Source: a virus
Virus record (IMG/VR): IMGVR_UViG_3300045988_159115
Length of the DNA stretch: 64,000 nt
Strand: one strand, 5' to 3'
Positions 17,401 to 26,408 of the stretch are shown piece after piece; position 1 is the stretch's first letter, and each line of letters begins with the position of its first letter. Made by a program: the position numbers and the translations under genes. The notes beneath the pieces are model-generated. The model was not told the DNA's origin and ran no database searches. It saw nothing but the letters and a program-made list of their open reading frames with translations.

Positions 17401-19763
17401 AACAAATCATTCGTAAGAATTTGGCGGAAGAGTGTGAAAACTACATCAAGCTGTTTGGTGCAAATAAGAATCTCTACCGTATTATTCCGTCTATGATCGA
17501 CGGATTGAAACCCGTTCAGAGACGATTCCTCTATTCTCTGTATAAGGGAAAGGGTCGTACTCAGTTTATTAAAATGGCAAAGGCTGCTGCGGATACCACC
17601 GCAGCATATCATCCTCATGGTAGTGCATCAGTTGAAGACGTCGGTGCGAAGATGGCTTCTCCGATTGCGAATAACCTTACTACCGTGGAAGGCCAGGGAA
17701 ACTTCGGTTCCTATAAGTCAGACGAGGCAGCAGCTTCTCGTTACATTGAGTGCAAACTTTCGAAGTATGCACTGGAGTGCTTCTTCCGAGATTTCGATAT
17801 CTCCAATGTCGACATGAAGCCGACTTATACTGGCGATGACGTTGAGCCGGAATATCTCCCTGCAAAGTATCCTCATGCATTGATCAATCCTCAGCTGTCT
17901 GGTATTGGCTATGCATTTGCTTCTAATATCCCTCCTTTTAATTTTAAGGAAGTCTTGGAAGCAACGATTACCCTTCTGAAGAATCCGGATGCAAAGATTC
18001 TTCTGATTCCGGATTCTCCTACTGGAGCAGAAATCGTTGATGATGGTCAGTTTGAAAGAATCAATGCCGAAGGCCTTGGTACTTTCACTCTCCGTGGTAA
18101 ATGTGAAGTTGACGTTCAGAAGAATATCATCACCATTACTTCGATTCCTCTTCAGACAACCATTGATGATATCATCCGAAAGATCGTTGAGCTTCGTGAG
18201 AAAAAGGTCTTTGATGAGATTAAAGACATCAAGGACTATTCTGGAGAGAAGCACGTTCGGACTCTCATCTATCTTGATCAGAATGCCGATCCGTATGCAA
18301 CGATCGAGAAACTCTATACGAAGGGAACTGGTCTGAAGAAGACTTATCCTGTCGGTCTGAAGATGGTCGATGACTATCGTGACATCGACTATGGTGTGAA
18401 GTCTTTCCTTCTGGATTGGATTTCCTATCGTAGAGATACAGTTCGTTCTTCCTTCAATTCGAAGCTGATTGCTACGATGGAAGAGAAGAATATCAACGAC
18501 GCTCTTCTTCTGATCCTTGCTGGTAAGAATGGTGAAGCAACGATTAAGCTCGCTCGTGAGTCTTCCAATAAGGATGCTTTTGCGAAAGCACTGATGGAGA
18601 AGTATGGGATCAATTCTCAGCAGGCGTCTACGATTTCCAATATGCGAATCTACGCATTCACCAAGGATGCGTACGAAGAGTATAAGAAGAAGGAGCCTCT
18701 CTTGATTCAACAGATCAAAGATCTTGAAGCAACTCTGGATGACGACGGGAAGATTGATGAAGTGATCATCAGTCAGCTGAAGGAAGGCATTAAGCTGTTC
18801 GGTTCTCCCCGTAAGAGTCCAATTGTGAAAGAAGGTGAAGAAGACGAGATTGAATCAACTGATCATTGTGTTGCTATCTCTGAGGATGGATTCATTAAGA
18901 AGGTACTCCTCGGAGAGAGTAATGTCGGTAAAATCGGAGAAAAGATGAGCACTCGGACTATGGTTATCCCTGTCAATAATGAGCGCTCTCTGATTATCTT
19001 CGATGTGAATGGTCGAGCATACCGTCTTCCTGTTCATGCTCTTCCGGACTCTCTTCCGGAGGAGAATGGGATTCCTGTGGAGCGCTATTGCAAGGGTATC
19101 GGTGCCATCGTTGCTACTATGATCCAGCCCACAAAGAGTCAGCTTGAGAAGCATTCTATCTATGCTATCTTCCTGACTAAGAAGGGCGTTATGAAGGCGA
19201 TTGATGCAAACGAGATGTCCAACAACTTCAAATCCATGAACGTCATTAATGTGACGGATGGAGATGCTCTTGTTGGTGCAGCTTGCTCTATTGATCGAAG
19301 CCTGAATAACTTCATCATTTATACCGACGAGGGCAATGGTCTCCGTAAGGAACTCAGTGATATTCCTATCATGAAACCTGCTGCACAGGGAAGCAGAATG
19401 ATCAATCTGAAGAAGCATGAAAGCTGTGTTGGCTTTAATGGCATTTCTTCGAAGGATAAGTTCGTTCTGTATGTGACAGATCAGGGACGTGCAAAGGTCA
19501 CTGAGATGAAGTATTTCCCTCTGTCTAAGAAGAAGGAAATGGTCGCATTGATCACAATGGATCCAGGTGAACGTCTTGTCTGTGTCCGTGGTATTGAGCC
19601 CGGTTCTCTTATCACAGCATATGCAAAGACTGGATCTGAGACGATTAAGTCTGGCGACGTTCCTCTGTCCACTAGAGTAGCAGCACCGAAGAAGGTCTTT
19701 AAGCTCGGTAATTCTCGTACCAAGATCTTAGCGATTACTGTCGATAGACAGAACGCTGAGTAA
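17397..19763 (+). CDS. type IIA DNA topoisomerase, DNA breakage-reunion (GyrA/ParC/T4 gp52-like) subunit
   Basis: AAYHPHGSASV (GyrA KYHPHGD) and active-site region AAASRYIECKL (GyrA AAMRYTE). Confidence 0.9.
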   Translation: MEQIIRKNLAEECENYIKLFGANKNLYRIIPSMIDGLKPVQRRFLYSLYKGKGRTQFIKMAKAAADTTAAYHPHGSASVEDVGAKMASPIANNLTTVEGQGNFGSYKSDEAAASRYIECKLSKYALECFFRDFDISNVDMKPTYTGDDVEPEYLPAKYPHALINPQLSGIGYAFASNIPPFNFKEVLEATITLLKNPDAKILLIPDSPTGAEIVDDGQFERINAEGLGTFTLRGKCEVDVQKNIITITSIPLQTTIDDIIRKIVELREKKVFDEIKDIKDYSGEKHVRTLIYLDQNADPYATIEKLYTKGTGLKKTYPVGLKMVDDYRDIDYGVKSFLLDWISYRRDTVRSSFNSKLIATMEEKNINDALLLILAGKNGEATIKLARESSNKDAFAKALMEKYGINSQQASTISNMRIYAFTKDAYEEYKKKEPLLIQQIKDLEATLDDDGKIDEVIISQLKEGIKLFGSPRKSPIVKEGEEDEIESTDHCVAISEDGFIKKVLLGESNVGKIGEKMSTRTMVIPVNNERSLIIFDVNGRAYRLPVHALPDSLPEENGIPVERYCKGIGAIVATMIQPTKSQLEKHSIYAIFLTKKGVMKAIDANEMSNNFKSMNVINVTDGDALVGAACSIDRSLNNFIIYTDEGNGLRKELSDIPIMKPAAQGSRMINLKKHESCVGFNGISSKDKFVLYVTDQGRAKVTEMKYFPLSKKKEMVALITMDPGERLVCVRGIEPGSLITAYAKTGSETIKSGDVPLSTRVAAPKKVFKLGNSRTKILAITVDRQNAE

Positions 19764-19768
19764 ATGAT

Positions 19769-19814
19769 AAATCCATAGTGAGTAGCTACCTGTGCTCTCA
19801 CTATGGATTTTTTT
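19769..19814 (+). terminator. intrinsic terminator
   Basis: AAATCCATAGTGAG / CTCACTATGGATTT stem followed by TTTT. Confidence 0.85.
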
Positions 19815-19822
19815 GTATTTGC

Positions 19823-19834
19823 ACAATTCCTTAA
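19823..19834 (+). promoter_or_regulatory. class B motif ACA-N6-TAA
   Basis: GCACAATTCCTTAA; 27 nt upstream of ATG 19862, after terminator 19769-19814. Confidence 0.55.
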
Positions 19835-19861
19835 TACTTTTAATACGGGAGGAAGAAACCA

Positions 19862-20104
19862 ATGAAACAATCTGACGTACATCATCACATTCTGAAGACT
19901 CTTTACAAAGTAAACTCAGCAGTTCTCTTCTTCTTAGGTCTGTATCTTACCATTCGATTTGAAGTCGAGAACTGGAATACTAGACGAATCATTGCTCTCA
20001 TCAATAATCCTATGGAAGTTTTTGTTGGAGTGCTTGCGATTCTCGGTGGTTTCTTCTTCTTGTATAAATATCGTCACTATAATGAAGAAAGGGATGGGGA
20101 TTAA
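19862..20104 (+). CDS. small membrane protein (2 predicted TM helices)
   Basis: Track ORF; GGGAGGAAG SD; class B motif at 19823. Confidence 0.65.
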   Translation: MKQSDVHHHILKTLYKVNSAVLFFLGLYLTIRFEVENWNTRRIIALINNPMEVFVGVLAILGGFFFLYKYRHYNEERDGD

Positions 20105-20403
20105 TGGAATACAAACAGATTCATGGTAGTTCCGGTGGTAGAAGTGCCGGAACTCCTCTTGATATTCCTTGGACTATTCGAAATGGCAGAGCTGCTCAAT
20201 GCACTTGTCTTCCGATGGTTGAAGAATGGCTGAAAGATGAAATTAACGCACGAAAGAACTGCGGTTGTACTGCTTGTGAATATTCCAAGAATATGCTTAG
20301 AGAACTTCAGCATATCGTGCAGGTTTATTCTAAGACCGAAGAGGGTATGAGCAGACGCTGTGATCGTGTTGATTCGTGCGATAAAATTCGAAATAAATTG
20401 TGA
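20104..20403 (+). CDS. small Cys-rich protein
   Basis: Track ORF; TAATG overlap with the previous gene. The sequence contains a CTC motif, a CGCTAC motif and further cysteines towards the C-terminus. Confidence 0.55.
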   Translation: MEYKQIHGSSGGRSAGTPLDIPWTIRNGRAAQCTCLPMVEEWLKDEINARKNCGCTACEYSKNMLRELQHIVQVYSKTEEGMSRRCDRVDSCDKIRNKL

Positions 20404-20480
20404 TTCCAACTGAGTGGTAATCGGAGGATAAAAATATTCTCTGAAAATCACGTCATGATGGTAAACATGGAGGTTTTATT

Positions 20481-20588
20481 ATGAGCGTAAATCGGTTTTT
20501 TAACGCAGTCACAAACGGTCTTGCTATCGCAGCGGTGATCATCTTTGCACCGATCGTTGCGGTGGTCGTTGGGACTCTGAAGGACTGA
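20481..20588 (+). CDS. 35-aa single-TM peptide
   Basis: Not in the track (under 60 aa). GGAGG SD 8 nt before ATG 20481. MSVNRFFNAVTNGLAIAAVIIFAPIVAVVVGTLKD. Confidence 0.45.
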   Translation: MSVNRFFNAVTNGLAIAAVIIFAPIVAVVVGTLKD

Positions 20589-20598
20589 GGTGAGTACA

Positions 20599-20724
20599 AT
20601 GACATACAAAGCATACAGAGCAAAGTGCCGGGGAGAAAACTTCTCTTTCCTGGTGTATATCATTGGTCTTCTCATTTGGCTGCTCTTCGGCACGAATGAC
20701 ATTAAGCCCACTGGGAATAAATAA
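20599..20724 (+). CDS. 41-aa single-TM peptide
   Basis: Not in the track. ATG 10 nt after the previous stop, GAGGTGAG SD. MTYKAYRAKCRGENFSFLVYIIGLLIWLLFGTNDIKPTGNK. Confidence 0.45.
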   Translation: MTYKAYRAKCRGENFSFLVYIIGLLIWLLFGTNDIKPTGNK

Positions 20725-20732
20725 TACTGAAA

Positions 20733-20744
20733 ACGAAGAAGTAA
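20733..20744 (+). promoter_or_regulatory. class B variant (ACG-N6-TAA)
   Basis: CTGAAAACGAAGAAGTAA; 53 nt upstream of ATG 20798. Confidence 0.35.
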
Positions 20745-20797
20745 TGGATTCACATATAAGTCCGTTACTTCTTCATATTTTTATTTGGAGGTTTGTT

Positions 20798-22195
20798 ATG
20801 ACACATACAGATGTAGATGAAAATGGCATGGGTATGGTTCTCCTTACCGACTATCTTACGAGGTATTGGGACAATCGCCACCCTGAATATGAGCATGATC
20901 GTGCTCATTGCCACTATACCTATCGTAAGCATTCCGAATGGGATAAGCATGAGGTTAAAGATGTTCCTCCTTATTCCATTGATATTCCCTGTAACATCTC
21001 TATGAATCCGTTCAGTGGTATGATTTTTGAGACCATTGATGAGGCTCGTTCTACCCTGGCTGATTACATCAGCATGTTTGGTCAGGAAGCTACTTCTTAT
21101 GTCTATAAGAAGGATAGCCGCCTTGGTATGGTTCTCACTACCACGTTCGATGACACGGATGGTGAAACTTGGACCTGTGACATTATCCGTTTTAACACTG
21201 AGAATGATGCCAATACATATGTCATCAACATGTGGTGTGAGGTTGATCATTTTGTCAGTGGCTTGAAGGTTTCTTGCTTTGAGAAACGGCTTTACATGTG
21301 CAGCCAGACTGGTGAGTTCGTTGAACTGAAAGAGAATGATAATGGCGATGCAGGTCGCGGCGAAGTAGGTCGCATCGTTGTATATCCGAATATTTATGAC
21401 ATCGAGTTCAATTCCTACAATGGTGCTATGGAAGCATGGTGTTCCATTACCCACAAATGCAGGTTTATGAAGTTTGATCGGCACGTCTATCCGATTCATG
21501 GTTGCATGTATACCGCGTTTTCCGATGATTATGAACTTGGCATGCCAGATGAATCTTCAACCGTTACGGCTGAAGAGGTTGTTGCTTTGATGCCTAGTAA
21601 AAACGGCAATGGTAAGTGCTACCGCATCGTTTCTTTGAGCTGCGGCTGTGACAATATTGATGAAGTTTCTGCACTTGAAGCTACTCCGATCCCTCATCAC
21701 CAGACTGGCAAGACGGTTGATCTTACGACTCTGATGTGTGATGGCATTTATTATACCAAGAATCCGATGATGATTTATCAGACTCGTCGGAATTGTAACT
21801 GCCGTGACGGAAATGACAATGTTGTATTCTTCACGAATTCCGTAGCAGCCGATGGCGTTACTGGATTTGATAATTTCTCGAGGTTTATCTTCGGTGATTA
21901 TCAGGCAGCTTGCGATACCTTAAGGATCTTCCTCACAATGATGGGATACAAGTATGTGAAGGTGTCTCTTGATGGATCAATCACCGGTCTTGAGGATGAT
22001 CGCTATACGTATCACATCACTGCAAGAGTCGCTCAGGATCATGGTGCCAAACTTAGTACCATCCACGTTGCACTTCTCCCGATTTACGGTTCTGGCAGTG
22101 GAGTTGATAATTGCAATGTCAATTATGTTCCCATGTTCTATTCCGGTTTCTCCACTCTTCCTGTGATTCCCAAGAAATCTTCTGAAGATAAGTAA
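20798..22195 (+). CDS. Cys/His-rich 465-aa protein, function unknown
   Basis: Track ORF 20663-22195. GGAGG SD plus ATG 20798 (MTHTDVDENG) is the credible start. Bidirectional terminator 22204-22244 follows. Confidence 0.7.
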   Translation: MTHTDVDENGMGMVLLTDYLTRYWDNRHPEYEHDRAHCHYTYRKHSEWDKHEVKDVPPYSIDIPCNISMNPFSGMIFETIDEARSTLADYISMFGQEATSYVYKKDSRLGMVLTTTFDDTDGETWTCDIIRFNTENDANTYVINMWCEVDHFVSGLKVSCFEKRLYMCSQTGEFVELKENDNGDAGRGEVGRIVVYPNIYDIEFNSYNGAMEAWCSITHKCRFMKFDRHVYPIHGCMYTAFSDDYELGMPDESSTVTAEEVVALMPSKNGNGKCYRIVSLSCGCDNIDEVSALEATPIPHHQTGKTVDLTTLMCDGIYYTKNPMMIYQTRRNCNCRDGNDNVVFFTNSVAADGVTGFDNFSRFIFGDYQAACDTLRIFLTMMGYKYVKVSLDGSITGLEDDRYTYHITARVAQDHGAKLSTIHVALLPIYGSGSGVDNCNVNYVPMFYSGFSTLPVIPKKSSEDK

Positions 22196-22203
22196 ATAAC
22201 GAA

Positions 22204-22244
22204 AGTCGCCCACGATTAGCGGTCAATACTAATCGTGGGCGACT
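22204..22244. terminator. hairpin between convergent genes
   Basis: AGTCGCCCACGATTAG / CTAATCGTGGGCGACT. Confidence 0.7.
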
Positions 22245-22308
22245 TCCACTGTTATAAATTCAAGGAGGAAAAATATGAAGAATGAAGAAAAGACAAAGCA
22301 TCTTTCTC

Positions 22309-23034
22309 TTATCCATATGTAAATGGAATAATGTCCATTTGATACAGATTAGCCCAGTCATCAACGAGCTGCTTTCGCTGGTCAGCAGCATTCTGCCAGT
22401 CATCCAGTTTCATCTGAATGGTGCCATATGCTGTCTGAATCTCATTGTAGTGCTTCATCGTCTGATAGAGCATGTCCTTGACATCCAGAATTGCAAGATC
22501 ATGGAATGACTCTTCCATTGTCGGAGTGATAGTGGTCAGATTCTTGTCATGAATCATAGCGATATCAAAGACAAGCTGAGAACTACATAAGACGTTGTAG
22601 AGAGTGACCTTGCGAGGAGGCTCGTATTTGAAGAGTAGCTTCGGAACTGTCTGTCGTGTTAGAGCAAGACCAGCATTTGAGAGGATGCTCTGATTCATCA
22701 TATTGCCATGCAGAATTGGAATACCACCACCCCAATAGCCGATACCAGAAATATCTGCTTCATCGTATTTCACATCTACGATTTGAGTAATTTCATGGTT
22801 TGCGAAAATATCAGGGAGAAGATAAGTTTCCCAGTTTGCGTGCTTCTCTACACGTGTCAGATCCGTAAGATCAAACCGATAGGTTTCACGGTAAGGGCAA
22901 TATGTGCTGAACGTTCTTACGGTAATCGTCTGGATAACATCCATAATGGCTTGATCCAGATTATCAAACGGGAGTGCTAACGAATAAAGACCGAGTTCGA
23001 TTTTCATTCGTGTGACTAGAGTAGAAATATTCAT
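22309..23034 (-). CDS. hypothetical protein downstream of prohead protease (head-morphogenesis candidate)
   Basis: Track ORF; GGAGGTGAG SD; 30 nt after the protease stop. Confidence 0.7.
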   Translation of the reverse strand: MNISTLVTRMKIELGLYSLALPFDNLDQAIMDVIQTITVRTFSTYCPYRETYRFDLTDLTRVEKHANWETYLLPDIFANHEITQIVDVKYDEADISGIGYWGGGIPILHGNMMNQSILSNAGLALTRQTVPKLLFKYEPPRKVTLYNVLCSSQLVFDIAMIHDKNLTTITPTMEESFHDLAILDVKDMLYQTMKHYNEIQTAYGTIQMKLDDWQNAADQRKQLVDDWANLYQMDIIPFTYG

Positions 23035-23064
23035 AATAACTCACCTCCAAAAATGAGTTGAGTA

Positions 23065-23943
23065 TTACTTACCGAAAGAACGGAAGAAATCATCAACCAG
23101 ACGCTTGGAGTTCTGATTGATATTGCAGTAGATGGTGTTGGTGTCCTGATCACGAATGATCATCTGCTTACGGCTACGAGTAAAGCCCATGACAGAATCT
23201 TCATCCAGGTCAAAGCTTTCCATCAGAACCTGAGCGTTCGGATCAGTTGCAGAAATACGGCCGATCAGATCCTTCATGGGGATAGCAATATCAGCAGCCT
23301 CACTGATGTAATGATTGGTTGTAACAACCTTATTACCTTCAGGATCCTTTGTGATAAACTTATTATCGACAGAAGTAATCTGCTCAGCTTCACGATGAGA
23401 CTGGAACAGAACCCAGTCGTAAGTGATGATCTGACGCACATTGACAACGGGTTTGGAGTTCTTGATGTTCATGGTCGCAATTGCGCGGCAGCTGAAACCA
23501 GGGATGAAGCCCTGAACCATCTTACGTGCAAGATTCATACCGGCGGCAGTGCCAGAGTCAGTCTGAATCTTGGAGATAAGCAGATTACGCTCGACATGAG
23601 GATTCAGCATCTTGTGAGAGGTGTTATTCATGTCGATATCACGAATGCGCTCAGGAGCGAGGGGCATATCCTTGTACTTCGGAGTGGGATGATTCATCTC
23701 ACCGAACCAGCCGCCATGAGACAGATAATGCTGAATACGCTCAGTCTTCAGGCACTGCTCAATATTGGCAGCTTCATACATACGGGAGTTACGATTCATA
23801 ACATCGAATGAGTGAATGCAGGATTCAAACTCGACATAAAAGACATCACCGTCATGATGGACTTTCATATCTTTAACGATATTCTGCTCGGGAGAAGTCT
23901 CTTCAGCAATATACATCACGCCGACATCTTGATCAATCGTCAT
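23065..23943 (-). CDS. prohead core protease, T4 gp21-like
   Basis: MNRNSRMY, GEMNHP and IPGFSCRAI match my recollection of the T4 gp21 motifs NRNKRLYP, GELNHP and IPGVSSRG. Class B motif at 23987-23998. Confidence 0.8.
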   Translation of the reverse strand: MTIDQDVGVMYIAEETSPEQNIVKDMKVHHDGDVFYVEFESCIHSFDVMNRNSRMYEAANIEQCLKTERIQHYLSHGGWFGEMNHPTPKYKDMPLAPERIRDIDMNNTSHKMLNPHVERNLLISKIQTDSGTAAGMNLARKMVQGFIPGFSCRAIATMNIKNSKPVVNVRQIITYDWVLFQSHREAEQITSVDNKFITKDPEGNKVVTTNHYISEAADIAIPMKDLIGRISATDPNAQVLMESFDLDEDSVMGFTRSRKQMIIRDQDTNTIYCNINQNSKRLVDDFFRSFGK

Positions 23944-23986
23944 AGTATATCAATCCTTTCTGTTTAGTATAGTTAGGAGCAAAAGC

Positions 23987-23998
23987 TTACCCTATTGT
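23987..23998 (-). promoter_or_regulatory. class B motif ACA-N6-TAA
   Basis: Reverse complement CTAAAAACAATAGGGTAA; 43 nt upstream of the prohead protease ATG 23943. Confidence 0.6.
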
Positions 23999-24043
23999 TT
24001 TTAGGGCATATACTTACCATCCGTATATTCTATTAGTATAATG

Positions 24044-24053
24044 ATATATTATA
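24044..24053 (+). promoter_or_regulatory. class A motif ATATATTATA
   Basis: Exact 10-mer in the context TAATGATATATTATAC; 86 nt upstream of ATG 24140. Confidence 0.6.
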
Positions 24054-24139
24054 CAGGTAGAAGATAGAGGAAGAAGAGTACTCTGTCAAATCAATTTGTA
24101 TGATCCTCGAGAATAAGAGGGTCGGAAGGAGATCATATT

Positions 24140-24745
24140 ATGAAAACCAACAACATCATCAAGAACGCAAGCAAGGCCATCCGTAACGGCAGCAAGAACT
24201 ACATCGGTTACTGCAACAAGTGCGCCGCACAGCGTGCTGTCGCTCGCAAGAACGATGCCAAGTACGACAGCAAGGTCTTCGCTAAGGCCCTTGTTGGAGG
24301 CGCAGCGATCTATTTGACCGTTGCTGCTGTCGATTTTGCAATCGACGTTGCACCCATGATCGTTAATAAGATCAAGGGTGATGCGAAGAAGGCGCTCGAC
24401 GAGAAGAACTCGGTGACTGTCCAGACCATGGAACGAGAGATGGCTATGCGCAAGGCCACCCTCGAGAACACCGGGTACACTGACTACTACGTCAGCGGAG
24501 ACACCATGGCGATGAACCACGGTGAGCTCACTGGTGGCGTGATCACCAAGGCTTGCCTCGATGCTAAGCCTGGCACGCTGCCCAGAATCATCATTGGCAA
24601 CTCTGTCAGTGATGAGCATGTGGACAAGATCTACACCGTCGATGGTCAGCCGAAGTGCTGCCCTTACGGTGAAGACCCTGCAACCACCAAGCATGAGAAG
24701 GATGTCACCTTCCCGATGTTCGGTGACCACAAGGTTGAAGAGTAA
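24140..24745 (+). CDS. probably abundant membrane-associated protein, function unknown
   Basis: Track ORF; GGAAGGAG SD; G/C-ending codons; one hydrophobic segment, LVGGAAIYLTVAAVDFAIDVAPMIV. Class A motif at 24044. Confidence 0.75.
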   Translation: MKTNNIIKNASKAIRNGSKNYIGYCNKCAAQRAVARKNDAKYDSKVFAKALVGGAAIYLTVAAVDFAIDVAPMIVNKIKGDAKKALDEKNSVTVQTMEREMAMRKATLENTGYTDYYVSGDTMAMNHGELTGGVITKACLDAKPGTLPRIIIGNSVSDEHVDKIYTVDGQPKCCPYGEDPATTKHEKDVTFPMFGDHKVEE

Positions 24746-24788
24746 AAGAAATCGAATAGCGTAAAATAGCGTAAAGGAGAAAACCACT

Positions 24789-24968
24789 ATGAAAAACAAT
24801 AACAGCACGAGCACGTCGACCATCATCGCCAATGTGGTTGTGTCCACCGTATTCATGTACGGCTGGATGCGACTCATCCTGAAGGACGTACCGGAGTACG
24901 TCAAGAGCAAGGGCCTCTTGAAGGTGGCCAAGGAGAAGTATGATTCCTTCATGGCGAAGGAAGCATAA
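24789..24968 (+). CDS. 59-aa membrane peptide
   Basis: Not in the track (59 aa). AAAGGAG SD. MKNNNSTSTSTIIANVVVSTVFMYGWMRLILKD... Same G/C-ending codon style. Terminator 24977-25016 follows. Confidence 0.55.
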   Translation: MKNNNSTSTSTIIANVVVSTVFMYGWMRLILKDVPEYVKSKGLLKVAKEKYDSFMAKEA

Positions 24969-24976
24969 CTTCTCAG

Positions 24977-25016
24977 AAGAAGGACCTAACAACCAGTTAG
25001 GTATCCTTCTTTTTTT
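24977..25016 (+). terminator. intrinsic terminator, bulged GGACCTAAC family
   Basis: GAAGGACCTAAC-AACCA-GTTAGG(TA)TCCTTC followed by TTTTTTT. Confidence 0.8.
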
Positions 25017-25070
25017 GTAATTACATTGATTACCTTAAATATAATTACAAAACTAAGGAGGATCATAGAA

Positions 25071-25508
25071 ATGACGATTACAGATGGTAGAGTTCCACAC
25101 GTCTGTGAGAATAGTACGATTGACAAATACATCAATACAAAAGCCCTCTTTAAGTTAGATGCGCATGGCGGTGTAATATTGGATCGGTTTTACATCGAGA
25201 TTTTCTACCACAGAGAACGGAGAAAGCAATTCCCGTATCAGCCAAATGTGACTTCATTAAAGATTCGAATCAAGGATCTGAATAATTATTCTGAGAAAAT
25301 CTTTGAAGATAAATTTGAGCAGTGGGAATTTTCTTCGATTCGAAAAATGATCAAAAAATATTCCGATTTTGAAAAAGTCGATTTTGAGTCGGCATATGTG
25401 GCTTTCAAAAAGAATTTGGAAGGAAGACTCACACTCATGCTTTATGACAATGCCGGAAAAGATATTTTATATAATGCGACAATGAATTCGGAGGGAGAAT
25501 TTGAATGA
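25071..25508 (+). CDS. hypothetical protein
   Basis: Track ORF 25026-25508; TAAGGAGG SD plus ATG 25071. Confidence 0.65.
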   Translation: MTITDGRVPHVCENSTIDKYINTKALFKLDAHGGVILDRFYIEIFYHRERRKQFPYQPNVTSLKIRIKDLNNYSEKIFEDKFEQWEFSSIRKMIKKYSDFEKVDFESAYVAFKKNLEGRLTLMLYDNAGKDILYNATMNSEGEFE

Positions 25509-26404
25509 AACCAAGACATGTATACCAGCTTGCTGCTGGTCTAATGGAATCGTATGCTACCTCAGCTCTTCAATTCCTTAATCCTTTGACTGGAATTGAT
25601 GACTTAAGGAAATCCGGTGTTCGATATGAAGTATCGGATTTTATTGGCCGGATTATTCCAAAGGGAGCAAATAAGATTTCTCGAAGTAAAGGGAATCCGA
25701 TCAAAGGAGTTTATCTTGGCACCGTTTCTGGAGCAATACCGATTTTTTTGTTTATGGATATGGATACGGCATATCTTGTGAAGACGACCGTAAACGGAGA
25801 AGTTGAATCGGCTGAACCGTATAAAGGATATAATCCTTTTCGTGGGATTGACCCATCGGATTCTTTTGTGGCAGATTCTACTTTTACCACGATATCAAAT
25901 TCTCTTTATCAGATTCCATTGACAAAAGCGATGTATGAATTTATAATTCATGGTGGTAGATATATTTCCCTCTCAAATCCGAATGGTTGGAATTATATTA
26001 CTCCGACTATTTGCAAACGAAAGAATCTGGAAGATCCATCCGTTTTATCTTATAAACTTCTCGGAAATCCACTTCCAGATTACACGTATCCGTTTGTGGA
26101 ATATGTGAATGGAAAGTTTGCACGAATTACTCAGATCGTGGATGACAGGAAGGTATCTATTGAAGAGCATGATATGAAGTCAGATTCTGAGCTCCGTTGG
26201 ATTACGAATTTCAAATGGCCAAATATGGACGCTTGTATCAGTACTCTCTTTCGATATGAATTGATTCGAGATTATCAGCCTATTTCCGATCTTACGGTAT
26301 CAAATTGTGATAATACAGAAATCTTCAATGTTTGTGCTCGGAATAAGCATCAGAAGACTTTTATCTATGAGCGTTCCACTGGACATATGACTTTGATTTT
26401 ATAA
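25505..26404 (+). CDS. hypothetical protein
   Basis: Track ORF; ATGA start/stop overlap with the previous gene. Confidence 0.7.
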   Translation: MKPRHVYQLAAGLMESYATSALQFLNPLTGIDDLRKSGVRYEVSDFIGRIIPKGANKISRSKGNPIKGVYLGTVSGAIPIFLFMDMDTAYLVKTTVNGEVESAEPYKGYNPFRGIDPSDSFVADSTFTTISNSLYQIPLTKAMYEFIIHGGRYISLSNPNGWNYITPTICKRKNLEDPSVLSYKLLGNPLPDYTYPFVEYVNGKFARITQIVDDRKVSIEEHDMKSDSELRWITNFKWPNMDACISTLFRYELIRDYQPISDLTVSNCDNTEIFNVCARNKHQKTFIYERSTGHMTLIL

Positions 26405-26408
26405 TACG

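Noticed and set aside
15737-18710. Long minus-strand ORFs (15737-17230, 17718-18710) inside the topoisomerase genes.
   Set aside because: The plus-strand frames carry unmistakable GyrB/GyrA motifs, so the antisense ORFs are shadows.
20448-20753. 101-aa minus-strand ORF.
   Set aside because: It has no SD. It overlaps two plus-strand single-TM mini-ORFs that each have an SD and sit in a plus-strand operon.
22282-22509. 75-aa plus-strand ORF overlapping the 3' part of 22309-23034.
   Set aside because: It is almost entirely antisense to a well-supported minus-strand gene. The nearby strong SD serves a different frame that stops after 15 codons.
25016-25052. Palindrome TGTAATTACA (25016-25025) and direct repeat TAATTACA (25018 and 25045) upstream of gene 25071, considered as an operator.
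   Set aside because: These are short AT-rich sequences in an AT-rich spacer with only two copies, so a chance occurrence is plausible.
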